Positions 17,068-25,708 of a stretch of DNA of 35,350 nt are shown piece by piece. Source of the DNA: Patescibacteria group bacterium. GTDB lineage: Bacteria > Patescibacteriota > Minisyncoccia > UBA10092. The DNA lies in NCBI GenBank assembly GCA_018826255.1, contig JAHJZO010000023.1, forward strand, positions 1 through 35,350, in the 5' to 3' direction. Under the pieces are notes generated by a model. That model made no database searches. It was not told where the DNA came from and saw only the letters and a list, made by a program, of their open reading frames with translations. Every line of letters starts with the position of its first letter. Positions within the stretch are counted from its first letter, which is position 1. Both the position numbers and the translations under genes were made by a program.

Positions 17068-17107
17068 ATTGCATGTTTATTTCCGATCGGCTGATAACAT
17101 GCAATTT
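17066..17107. repeat. 42-nt imperfect palindrome with CGATCG centre between convergent genes
   Basis: AAATTGCATGTT...CCGA|TCGG...AACATGCAATTT. Confidence 0.75.
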
Positions 17108-17138
17108 GATGTTTTGACACCAAATAAGTGCGGAATCT

Positions 17139-18524
17139 TTAATTCTTTTTTAGTTTTGGGCCGGAGGGGGAGTCGTCAATCAGCCAGCCGAGGGATTCGA
17201 TTTTTTTACGGAGTTCGTCAGATTTGGTGAAGTTTTTTTCTTGGCGGCATTTTTCACGCTCTTTTACCAGTTTCAAAACTATCACCGGAATTTTTTCTGA
17301 TTTTATCTTACCAAGGTTCAATCCAAGAACTTTATCAAAATCAATAATTAAATTATATTTAGTTTTTGGATTCAATTTTTCAGATTTAACAATTTCCCAC
17401 AAAAGCGCCAACGCACGCGGCATATCTAGGTCATCATTTATATATTTTTCAAATTCTTTGGATAAGTGTTTTTTTAACACTCTGACATTCTCGAGAATGT
17501 CAGAGTGTTGTTTCTGCTCATTTTTAATTTCTATTATTGCTTCCCTTAATTTTTCAAGCGCGTTTTGAGACGCTTGCAGACTCTCCCAAGTAAAATTTAG
17601 TTTTGAGCGGTAGTGAGCAGTTAATGACAAATAGCGGAAGGCGAGGGGGTCAAATTTCTTTGCTTCCAAATCGCGGAGATTGAATATATTTCCCAACGAT
17701 TTTGACATTTTTTCGCCGTTAACCGATAAATGTTCGCCTTCAATAAAATATTTAACAAATGTTTTTCCCGTTGCTCCCTCGGACTGAGCGATTTCATTTT
17801 CATGGTGGGGGAATATTAAATCAACGGCGCCGCCGTGAATATCAAAAGTATTTCCTAAATATTTCATTGACATTGCCGAACATTCTATGTGCCAACCCGG
17901 CCTACCTTTGCCGAAAGGCGCATCCCACAACGGCTCATTATTTTTCGCTACTTTCCACAAAACAAAATCTTCAGCGCTTGTTTTGTCGTATTCATCGGAA
18001 TCAATACGGGATTGATTTTTTCCGCCAAAGGCGGATCCGCTTCTGGCGGACAGACCGCTTAACTTTCCATAGGATTTGAACTTCGAAATATCAAAATAAA
18101 CTGAACCGCCAGTTTCATAAGCCAAGCCATTTTTAAGAAGCGCCGCAATGAGCTTGATCATATCTTTGATATGTTTTGTCGCTTTCGGATATTTCCAAGC
18201 TTTTTCAATATTTAGTTTTTTTAAGTCCTCAAAAAACGCTTTTTCATACGGTTTAACAAAATCGGAAATGGATTTTCCCGTTTTTTGTGACTCACGAATT
18301 ATTTTGTCTTCCACATCGGTAATATTAACCACGAGATTAACTTTGTATCCGTTGTATTCAAGCGTCCGCTTCAAAATGTCTTCAAAAATATAAGTTCGCA
18401 AATTGCCTATGTGCGCGTAATCATAAACCGTTGGCCCGCAAGCGTAAAATCCCACCTGTTTGGGGCGCAAGGATTTAAATGTTTCTTTTTTTCGGATTAG
18501 AAAATTGTAGAATTTTACAGCCAT
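17139..18524 (-). CDS. cysS: Cysteine--tRNA ligase
   Basis: CGPTVYDYAHIGN, DFVLWK, GRPGWHIECSAMS, FPHHENEIAQ, KMSKS; start moved to ATG 18524. Confidence 0.98.
   Translation of the reverse strand: MAVKFYNFLIRKKETFKSLRPKQVGFYACGPTVYDYAHIGNLRTYIFEDILKRTLEYNGYKVNLVVNITDVEDKIIRESQKTGKSISDFVKPYEKAFFEDLKKLNIEKAWKYPKATKHIKDMIKLIAALLKNGLAYETGGSVYFDISKFKSYGKLSGLSARSGSAFGGKNQSRIDSDEYDKTSAEDFVLWKVAKNNEPLWDAPFGKGRPGWHIECSAMSMKYLGNTFDIHGGAVDLIFPHHENEIAQSEGATGKTFVKYFIEGEHLSVNGEKMSKSLGNIFNLRDLEAKKFDPLAFRYLSLTAHYRSKLNFTWESLQASQNALEKLREAIIEIKNEQKQHSDILENVRVLKKHLSKEFEKYINDDLDMPRALALLWEIVKSEKLNPKTKYNLIIDFDKVLGLNLGKIKSEKIPVIVLKLVKEREKCRQEKNFTKSDELRKKIESLGWLIDDSPSGPKLKKN
17476..17509. repeat. 34-bp perfect palindrome inside cysS
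   Basis: AACACTCTGACATTCTC|GAGAATGTCAGAGTGTT, read through as QHSDILENVRVL. Confidence 0.9.
18021..18050. repeat. 30-nt double-hairpin element, in frame within cysS
   Basis: TCCGCC-AAA-GGCGGA TCCGCT-TCT-GGCGGA, encoding SARSGSAFGG on the minus strand. Confidence 0.85.
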
Positions 18525-19408
18525 TTTTTGGTCTTGAAGTAAATCCACATGAATGTTGACGTGAAGAAAACAGTTATGGCCACAATCCAAAAATCGGCGG
18601 GATTCATTTGAGTAATGGCGGCGACGAGCATTGCCGGGAAAGTTATAAAAGACAACATAGTGAAAGTTCTTATAATGGTATTCGTTTTGTTGCTCAATAA
18701 ATTTGCATGAGTGTCTTCCAAGGCATTTATAGTACCCGTGTAATTATCTACCTCATTCCAGATTCTTTCATAGTCGCTGATAAGGTCATTGAAATAAATT
18801 TTCAAATCGGCGCTTTTTTCCGGCCAAAAATTTATTCCCCGGTTAGCTAAAGAATTAAAGATTCTATTTAGTGGTCTTATGGCAATCCGAAAATCCAAAA
18901 CATCTCTTTTGACAATCAGCAGTTCTTTGATCAACTCGCGTTCCATTCCTCTGAACATATTATCTTCAATCCGATTGATATTCTTGCCAATGTGAACCAA
19001 TTGTCTTTCAGCAAAGTTCAGGAGTTCTTCGCTCACCCAATAAAACAAATGGCCGCTGGTTGAACCGAAGCACTTGGATTTAAAGTCGGATTTATTTTCG
19101 CATTTTTTCATTAAATCCCTCAGTGGCTCAATCGATTCGTTGTGAATTGTTATCAGTTGATTTTCGGCGATTAAAAAATCAAGTTCAATCGGTTTGGTTG
19201 TTTTTTTTGCCTGATGAAAAACCGGCACATGCATCGCCAAAAACATATAGTTGTCAAAATATTCAACCTTTTCCCTCTGGGAAGCGGGGATTAGCTCGTC
19301 TAAAACAATCGTGTGAATATTAAAATTATTTTTCAGCCACTCTAAATCTTTTTTATTTGGCCTTTCTATATCCGTCCAGGTTAATCCATTTTCGGTTATA
19401 GTTTTCAT
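18515..19408 (-). CDS. corA: CorA-family divalent cation transporter (QMN in place of GMN)
   Basis: WTDIERP, large soluble funnel domain, YFNDL, NTIIRTFTMLS, two C-terminal TMs. Confidence 0.88.
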   Translation of the reverse strand: MKTITENGLTWTDIERPNKKDLEWLKNNFNIHTIVLDELIPASQREKVEYFDNYMFLAMHVPVFHQAKKTTKPIELDFLIAENQLITIHNESIEPLRDLMKKCENKSDFKSKCFGSTSGHLFYWVSEELLNFAERQLVHIGKNINRIEDNMFRGMERELIKELLIVKRDVLDFRIAIRPLNRIFNSLANRGINFWPEKSADLKIYFNDLISDYERIWNEVDNYTGTINALEDTHANLLSNKTNTIIRTFTMLSFITFPAMLVAAITQMNPADFWIVAITVFFTSTFMWIYFKTKKWL

Positions 19409-19479
19409 TTTTTATTATAAAAATTGATTGATAATATAATCACTTTATCACAATTTCGCCCCCAATGCCAAAAGTACAT

Positions 19480-19506
19480 TTAGCACTCTTGACAAGGGAG
19501 TGCTAG
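19480..19506 (+). promoter_or_regulatory. CIRCE operator overlapping the hrcA-grpE-dnaK-dnaJ promoter
   Basis: TTAGCACTC-TTGACAAGG-GAGTGCTAG; the -35 TTGACA lies in the spacer, TATACT at 19513-19518. Confidence 0.95.
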
Positions 19507-19528
19507 TTTTTATATACTGGTAAATATC

Positions 19529-19948
19529 ATGAACTTAGAAGGCAGGCCAAGAGAAATATTTGTTATCGTGGTGGGGGAATTTATAAAAACCGCAAGGCCG
19601 GTCGGTTCCGAATTTTTGGCCGAAAATTATGACTTAGACGTAAGTTCGGCTACAATAAGAAACGATTTGGCTTTTCTTGAAGAGTTGGGATTTTTAAACA
19701 AACCCCATCCCTCCGGAGGAAGGATGCCTACAGCTCACGGCTGGCACTATTTTATGGAAGAGGTTTGGCAGCCGTCATATTTGAAAGAGGAAGAAACACT
19801 AAAGTTTGAAAATTCTGTTTCAAATTTAATCAATGCCTCTATAGAAGTTAAGGAATGCGTTTCAAAAATTTTCCCGGATGTCTCGGAAGAATTTTTGAAA
19901 AGATTTTTAATGGATAAAATATTTAATAACTATGGAAGAAAAAAATAA
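19529..19948 (+). CDS. hrcA: Heat-inducible repressor HrcA (short form, mainly the wHTH domain)
   Basis: FIKTARPVGSEFL, SSATIRNDLAFLEELGFL, PHPSGGRMPT; adjacent CIRCE; only 139 aa. Confidence 0.9.
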   Translation: MNLEGRPREIFVIVVGEFIKTARPVGSEFLAENYDLDVSSATIRNDLAFLEELGFLNKPHPSGGRMPTAHGWHYFMEEVWQPSYLKEEETLKFENSVSNLINASIEVKECVSKIFPDVSEEFLKRFLMDKIFNNYGRKK

Positions 19949-20387
19949 AAAAGAAGACGAAGATTTAGAAACAATAAAAAAACAGGCCGAAGAATACTTA
20001 AATGGATGGAAGCGCGCCAAAGCCGATTATCTTAACCTAAAAAAAGATATGGAAGCGCAAAGCAAAGAACTGAAAGAATGGATGTCAAAAATATTTCTGC
20101 TACCCCTGTTGGAAATTATGGATAGTTTTGACAGAGCGGGGACTTTAGACCCGGGCATTGAAGGAATTAAGAAGCAATTTGAAGATTTTTTAAAAAATAG
20201 CAAAGTTGAGGCGATGAAAGCTGTCGGTGAGAAGTTTGATCCGTTAAAACACGAAGCGATTGAATCTATAGGTGGTGGCCTGTCTGCGCAGGCAGGCGAA
20301 CCGGAAATTATAGCGGAAGAAATACAAAAAGGGTATTTAATCGGCGAAGAGATTTTGAGACCGGCGAAAGTCAAAGTTTATAAATAA
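19932..20387 (+). CDS. grpE: Nucleotide exchange factor GrpE
   Basis: RAKADYLNLKK, FDPLKHEAI, QKGYLIGEEILRPAKVKV. Confidence 0.95.
   Translation: MEEKNKKEDEDLETIKKQAEEYLNGWKRAKADYLNLKKDMEAQSKELKEWMSKIFLLPLLEIMDSFDRAGTLDPGIEGIKKQFEDFLKNSKVEAMKAVGEKFDPLKHEAIESIGGGLSAQAGEPEIIAEEIQKGYLIGEEILRPAKVKVYK
20278..20297. repeat. 20-nt hairpin element within grpE
   Basis: GCCTGTCTG-CG-CAGGCAGGC, read through as GLSAQAG. Confidence 0.6.
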
Positions 20388-20406
20388 ATAAATAAAAATA
20401 AAAAAT

Positions 20407-22254
20407 ATGGCAAAAATACTAGGAATAGATCTCGGGACTACTTATTCGGCAATGGCAATTGTTGAAGGCGGCAACCCGAAAATAATTGAGAACAAAGAGG
20501 GCAATAGAACTACGCCTTCTATTGTGGCGACCGCCAAGAATGGCGAGCGCTTGGTAGGGCTTTTGGCGAAAAGACAGGCCGTTATTAATCCCGAAAATAC
20601 CATTTTTTCAATGAAACGGCTTATAGGGCGGAGATGGAACGATCCGGAAATTTCGCGCGACCAAAAATGGCTACCCTACAAAATACAGCAATCAAGTTCT
20701 GGCGGCGTGGAAATAAATATGTCAGGCAAGTGGTACCGGCCGGAGGAAATCTCGGCGATGGTTCTGCAAAAAATGAAGCAGGATGCGGAAGAAAAACTGG
20801 GCGAAAAAATTACCGAAGCCATCATAACCGTGCCGGCGTATTTTGACGATTCTCAAAGGCAGGCGACAAAAAACGCGGGAGAAATCGCCGGATTAAAGGT
20901 CTTAAGAATTATAAACGAACCGACGGCCGCGGCTTTGGCGTATGGCTTGGACAAGAAAAAGTCGGAGCAAATCGTAGTTTATGATTTTGGCGGCGGCACA
21001 TTTGATATTTCGGTTCTGGAAATCGGCGATGACACAATTGAAGTAAAAGCCACCGGCGGTGATACTCATTTGGGAGGTGATGATTTTGACCAGCGCATTA
21101 CCAATCATCTCGTTGATCTGTTTAAAAAAGAACAGGGAATTGATTTGTCAAAAGATAATATGGCTCTAGCGCGGCTGAAAGAGGCGGCAGAAAAGGCCAA
21201 GCTTGAACTTTCAACCGTTATGGAAACGGAAATTAATCTGCCGTTTATCACTTCCGACGCTTCTGGCCCAAAACATTTTATTACCAAATTAACGCGGGCA
21301 AAACTTGAAGAATTAGTCCACGATTTTATTGCTACTTCGCTTGAATTGGTGAAGCAAACAGTAAAAGAAGCGAATTTTTCTCTTTCGGATGTTGATGAAA
21401 TTGTTTTGGTTGGCGGCCAAACCAGAATGCCGGCGATTGCCGATGCGGTAAAGAATTTATTCGGCAAAGAACCGCACAAAGGCATTAATCCAGATGAAGT
21501 CGTCGCGCTCGGCGCTGCAGTACAAGGCGGAGTTTTGCAGGGAGATGTCCGCGATATTTTGCTTTTGGATGTTACTCCTTTGACATTGGGTATTGAAACA
21601 TTGGGCAATGTCGCCACTCCTATGATTGCCAAAAATACAACTATTCCAACGGCGAAAACGCAGACATTTTCAACGGCAGCCGATAACCAACCACAGGTGG
21701 AAATTCATGTTCTTCAGGGAGAACGGCCAATGTCGGCTGACAACAAAACTCTAGGCAAGTTTATTTTGGACGGCATTCCACCGGCGTCAAGAGGCGTTCC
21801 CCAAATTGAAGTAACATTTGACATTGATGCCAATGGCATTTTGAACGTTTCTGCCATTGATAAAGCCAGCGGTAAAAAACAGGCGATAACCATTACCGCT
21901 TCTACCGGTTTATCAAAAGAGGAAGTGGAAAAAATGAAAAAAGAAGCGGAAATTCACGCGCAGGAAGATTCCAAGAAAAAAGAAGAAATTGAAATAAAAA
22001 ATTCCGCCGAGTCGCTAGTTTATATGTCTGAAAAAGCGGTTAAAGACGCTGGGGATAAGGTAAAACCTGAAGACAAAAAAACAATTGAAGAAAAAATAGA
22101 CGCATTAAAGAAAATAAAAGATAGTGCCGATATTGAAGCAATTAAAAAAGCATCGCAAGAATTATCAACCGAAATCCAGAAAATCGGACAAGCGATGTAC
22201 AACCCGCCTGCGGAAGAAAAAAAAGAAGAACCGAAGACAGAGGAAACTAAATAA
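20407..22254 (+). CDS. dnaK: Chaperone DnaK
   Basis: [44 protein letters not shown]. Confidence 0.99.
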   Translation: MAKILGIDLGTTYSAMAIVEGGNPKIIENKEGNRTTPSIVATAKNGERLVGLLAKRQAVINPENTIFSMKRLIGRRWNDPEISRDQKWLPYKIQQSSSGGVEINMSGKWYRPEEISAMVLQKMKQDAEEKLGEKITEAIITVPAYFDDSQRQATKNAGEIAGLKVLRIINEPTAAALAYGLDKKKSEQIVVYDFGGGTFDISVLEIGDDTIEVKATGGDTHLGGDDFDQRITNHLVDLFKKEQGIDLSKDNMALARLKEAAEKAKLELSTVMETEINLPFITSDASGPKHFITKLTRAKLEELVHDFIATSLELVKQTVKEANFSLSDVDEIVLVGGQTRMPAIADAVKNLFGKEPHKGINPDEVVALGAAVQGGVLQGDVRDILLLDVTPLTLGIETLGNVATPMIAKNTTIPTAKTQTFSTAADNQPQVEIHVLQGERPMSADNKTLGKFILDGIPPASRGVPQIEVTFDIDANGILNVSAIDKASGKKQAITITASTGLSKEEVEKMKKEAEIHAQEDSKKKEEIEIKNSAESLVYMSEKAVKDAGDKVKPEDKKTIEEKIDALKKIKDSADIEAIKKASQELSTEIQKIGQAMYNPPAEEKKEEPKTEETK

Positions 22255-22847
22255 TGGCAAAAGATTATTATGAAATTTTGGGGGTTGATAAAAACGCGCC
22301 TGAAGGTGAAATAAAGCGCGCTTACAGAAAATTAGCGCACCAGCACCATCCCGATAAAAACGGCGGTGAAGATAAAAAGTTCAAAGAAATCAACGAGGCA
22401 TACCAGGTTCTCGGGAACAAAGAAAAAAAAGAGCAATACGACAGGTTTGGGCGGACTTTCGATAGCGGCGGCTTTTCTGGTGAAGGATTTGGTGATTTTG
22501 GCGGTCTCTCAGATATTTTAGAAGAACTTTTTGGTTTCAGCCGCCAAAGAAGCAGAGGCGGGTTTGACGATTTTTTTAGCGGTGGGTTCAATCGCGCTTG
22601 GTCAACCATTCAAACAACTTTGAATCTGGATTTTGTTACGGCGGCGCTGGGAGGAGAAATTGAAGTTTCGGTAAGAGGCGAGAGATTAAAATTAAAAATC
22701 CCCGCCGGAATTCAAAACGGCGAAGCATTGGTGCATCATGGGAAAAATGGTGATATAATTTTTGTGGTGAACATAAAAATGCCAAAAAATATTTCCCGCA
22801 AAGCGCGAGAGCTTTTGGAAGAATTAAAAAAGGAAATAAATGAGTAA
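22254..22847 (+). CDS. dnaJ: DnaJ-family co-chaperone, reduced (J domain, G/F region, one C-terminal domain; no zinc finger)
   Basis: [44 protein letters not shown]; coupled to dnaK by TAATG. Confidence 0.88.
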   Translation: MAKDYYEILGVDKNAPEGEIKRAYRKLAHQHHPDKNGGEDKKFKEINEAYQVLGNKEKKEQYDRFGRTFDSGGFSGEGFGDFGGLSDILEELFGFSRQRSRGGFDDFFSGGFNRAWSTIQTTLNLDFVTAALGGEIEVSVRGERLKLKIPAGIQNGEALVHHGKNGDIIFVVNIKMPKNISRKARELLEELKKEINE

Positions 22848-23316
22848 TCCAACGTGGGATATTTTAATGCTGTTGTTTTTCTTTTCAGCGGTGTTTATTT
22901 ATGGTCTTTTTGCTGGACGCAACAAAACAATCGTGTTATTGTTGGCGGCATATCCGGCGACTTTGCTTAATGAATATTTTCCTTATCCCGCTGGTTTCTT
23001 GTCTCGGTTTAATGTATCTCAAGTAATCTTTTTAAGAGTATTTTCTTTTTTTGTTTTAACGTTGATTATTTTTTGGATTTTAGGCAAAACCGGCTTATCA
23101 AGAAAAGAAGTAAACAGAAAAACAGGACAGATTATATTTTTAAGTTTTTTAAGCGTTGGTTTTTGGGCAAATATAGTTCTTGGTTACGCGCTAAAAGCCG
23201 ATTCGGAAATCGTAAAGCTCACGCCAGTTACCCAATTTCTATTCGGTTCCAACTGGGCACATTTCATCTGGCTGGTACTGCCGCTCCTCGCGCTGTTTTA
23301 CATTAAAAGAAAATAA
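22840..23316 (+). CDS. Hypothetical multi-pass membrane protein
   Basis: 158 aa with about five hydrophobic segments; overlaps the dnaJ end. Confidence 0.75.
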   Translation: MSNPTWDILMLLFFFSAVFIYGLFAGRNKTIVLLLAAYPATLLNEYFPYPAGFLSRFNVSQVIFLRVFSFFVLTLIIFWILGKTGLSRKEVNRKTGQIIFLSFLSVGFWANIVLGYALKADSEIVKLTPVTQFLFGSNWAHFIWLVLPLLALFYIKRK

Positions 23317-23321
23317 TACGC

Positions 23322-23392
23322 GCCCCCATAGCTTAATGGTAAAGCAGTTGCCTTTTAAGCAATTGACTCAGGTTCGATTCCTGGTGGGGGCA
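23322..23392 (+). tRNA. tRNA-Lys(TTT)
   Basis: Acceptor GCCCCCA/TGGGGGC, anticodon arm GTTGC-CT TTT AA-GCAAT, TTCGATT T-loop; no CCA. Confidence 0.95.
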
Positions 23393-23412
23393 TAAATTTT
23401 TCTAGTTGAGAT

Positions 23413-23441
23413 TTGCCTGTTGGTGTCGTGTTTGGTAAAAT
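23413..23441 (+). promoter_or_regulatory. Promoter of ftsEX
   Basis: TTGCCT-17-TAAAAT with extended TG. Confidence 0.6.
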
Positions 23442-23455
23442 ATATCCATAGAACG

Positions 23456-24139
23456 ATGATTCGATTTGAGAATATCAGCAAAATTTACAACAGCCATTCG
23501 GTAGCGCTTAAAGATGTTACTTTTGAGGTCAACCCGCACGAGTTTGTTTCGCTTGTGGGGCGTTCCGGAGCGGGAAAATCAACTCTTTTAAAACTGCTGA
23601 TCGCCGAAGAGAAGCCGACCAGCGGGAAAATCTTTTTCAATAGGCAAAACGTTCTGAAGATGCCGAATAGAGAATTACCTTTTCTGCGCCGCCAAATAGG
23701 GGCGGTTTTTCAGGATTTTAAACTTTTGCCAAACAAAACGGCTTACGAAAATGTCGCTTTCGCGATGGAAGTTGCCGGTAAAAGTGAAAGGGAAATTAAA
23801 AATGATGTCTCCAGAGTTTTGGATTTAGTTGGTTTAAAAGATAAAATGAACAACTTTCCCCGCGAACTTTCCGGCGGTGAAAAACAACGAGTTGCTATCG
23901 CGAGGGCGATGGTGCATCGTCCCAGCGTTATCGTTGCCGACGAACCGACCGGCAATCTGGATCCTATTAATACTTGGGATATTATCCGTCTGCTTTTAAA
24001 AATTAACGAACTAGGCACAACGGTCATTTTGGCCACTCACGATAAAGAAATTATAAACGCCTTGGAAAGACGGGTAGTCAGCTTGGAAAACGGAACTGTG
24101 GCCAGGGACGAAAATCCCGGCCGTTACATTCTTTCGTAG
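23456..24139 (+). CDS. ftsE: Cell division ATP-binding protein FtsE
   Basis: GRSGAGKST, LRRQIGAVFQDFKLL, LSGGEKQRVAIARA, ADEPTGNLD, ATHD; start ATG 23456. Confidence 0.95.
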   Translation: MIRFENISKIYNSHSVALKDVTFEVNPHEFVSLVGRSGAGKSTLLKLLIAEEKPTSGKIFFNRQNVLKMPNRELPFLRRQIGAVFQDFKLLPNKTAYENVAFAMEVAGKSEREIKNDVSRVLDLVGLKDKMNNFPRELSGGEKQRVAIARAMVHRPSVIVADEPTGNLDPINTWDIIRLLLKINELGTTVILATHDKEIINALERRVVSLENGTVARDENPGRYILS

Positions 24140-24143
24140 AATT

Positions 24144-25052
24144 ATGTTCATAACACTAAATAGAATAACAAAATCCGGATTTATAAATTTTTGGCGAAAC
24201 GGCTGGTTATCAACAGCTACGGTTTTGATTATGACGATAACCCTAGCCGCTTGGACCAGCATTTTTTTGCTCAATGTCGTTTTAACATCTGTTTTGGACA
24301 TGCTGGCCGAAAAAGTTGATGTCAGTGTTTATTTTAATTTAGACACTAAAGAATCCAATATTTTGTCTTTGAAATCAAAACTGGAAGGGTTAAATGAAGT
24401 CGCTAGCGTTGAGTATGTTTCTGCCGAGCAGGCGCTGGAGATTTTTAAGAAAAGTCATGCCGGTGACGAGGTTCTTATTAAATCGGTGCAAGAATTAACC
24501 GATAATCCTTTGGAAGCCAGTTTGAATATATTAGCTAAGGATTCTTCAAATTACGGAGTAATTGCCGACTTTATTGATCAATCCGCGGAAAAAAATACTA
24601 TCAGTAAAATCAATTATACGGAAAATAAAGTTGTAATAGATCGGTTGAATAATATTATAAGGATTCTCCGCCAAAGCGGCGCTGTAGCAGGATTGGCGCT
24701 GGCTTTTATCGCATTCTTGGTGGCATTCAACACGGTGCGGCTGGCAATCTATTCCTCGCGGGAAGAAATAACGGTAATGAAACTTGTCGGCGCGTCCAAC
24801 TGGTTTGTGCGTGGGCCATTTATTGTTGAGGGCATTTTGCACGGCCTCATAGGCGCGCTTTTCTCTCTGGCAATTGTTGTTTCCATTGTTGCTTTTTTAG
24901 GGCCGAAGCTTCTTAATTTCTTGCCGGAAATAAACATGGTAAATTACATAGGCGACAACTTTTGGTTCCTGTTGCTTTTCCAGGCATTAGGAGGCATAAT
25001 TTTGGGCGTATTTTCCAGCTGGGTAGCGGTACGAAAATACCTGAACGTATAA
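24144..25052 (+). CDS. ftsX: Cell division permease FtsX
   Basis: FWRNGWLS, FNTVRLAIYSSREEITVMKLVGASNWFVRGPFIVEG. Confidence 0.96.
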   Translation: MFITLNRITKSGFINFWRNGWLSTATVLIMTITLAAWTSIFLLNVVLTSVLDMLAEKVDVSVYFNLDTKESNILSLKSKLEGLNEVASVEYVSAEQALEIFKKSHAGDEVLIKSVQELTDNPLEASLNILAKDSSNYGVIADFIDQSAEKNTISKINYTENKVVIDRLNNIIRILRQSGAVAGLALAFIAFLVAFNTVRLAIYSSREEITVMKLVGASNWFVRGPFIVEGILHGLIGALFSLAIVVSIVAFLGPKLLNFLPEINMVNYIGDNFWFLLLFQALGGIILGVFSSWVAVRKYLNV

Positions 25053-25072
25053 TTTTACAAAATCGTATATTT

Positions 25073-25143
25073 TGCGGGATCGTCTAATGGTAGGACGTTT
25101 GGCTCTGAACCAAAAAATTGGGGTCCGAATCCCTGTCCCGCAG
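25073..25143 (+). tRNA. tRNA-Gln(CTG)
   Basis: Acceptor TGCGGGA/TCCCGCA, anticodon arm TTTGG-CT CTG AA-CCAAA; T-loop TCCGAAT (atypical); no CCA. Confidence 0.92.
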
Positions 25144-25145
25144 CT

Positions 25146-25622
25146 ATGAATAGAGCAATGATTCTTATAACTTATCTTGGAAACTGGCAGACCATTATTG
25201 GTTTGGGGATTGTTGCGTTTGTAGTTTTGTGGTTAATGCGCAAAAAACGAGAAACCGGTTTTTTGGCTGTTGCTTTAGTAAGCGGTGAAATCATTAAGGA
25301 GCTTCTCAAGATTCTCATTCATCGCCAGCGACCGGACGCAACATTCGCTTTAATATCGGAAACCGGTTATTCATTTCCCAGTGGTCACGCGGTTATGTCG
25401 GTTATTTTTTACGGAATGATTTGCTATTTTATTTACCAAGTATGCAAAAACAAATGGCAAAGAATAATTTCATTAATTATAACTGTCGTTCTTGTTTTTC
25501 TGATTGGATTTTCGCGGGTTTATCTTGGCGTTCACTGGGCTTCCGATGTTTTTGCCGGATGGCTTATCGGCGGCGCGATACTTGTGTTTTTTATCGTTAA
25601 GTTGAAGAATATAAAGAATTAG
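25146..25622 (+). CDS. PAP2-family membrane phosphatase
   Basis: KILIHRQRP, YSFPSGH, SRVYLGVHWASDV motifs. Confidence 0.93.
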   Translation: MNRAMILITYLGNWQTIIGLGIVAFVVLWLMRKKRETGFLAVALVSGEIIKELLKILIHRQRPDATFALISETGYSFPSGHAVMSVIFYGMICYFIYQVCKNKWQRIISLIITVVLVFLIGFSRVYLGVHWASDVFAGWLIGGAILVFFIVKLKNIKN

Positions 25623-25639
25623 TCCATACTAAATCAATT

Positions 25640-25708
25640 ATGTCTGAATTAGCCTTTTCAATTTTACCAAAACCTTTAAGCGACGAGGAAGACGAGGAGG
25701 AAATATAA
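25640..25708 (+). CDS. Putative 22-aa acidic micro-ORF (MSELAFSILPKPLSDEEDEEEI)
   Basis: ATG 25640 to TAA 25706-25708; the stop overlaps the next ATG (TAATG). Confidence 0.4.
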   Translation: MSELAFSILPKPLSDEEDEEEI

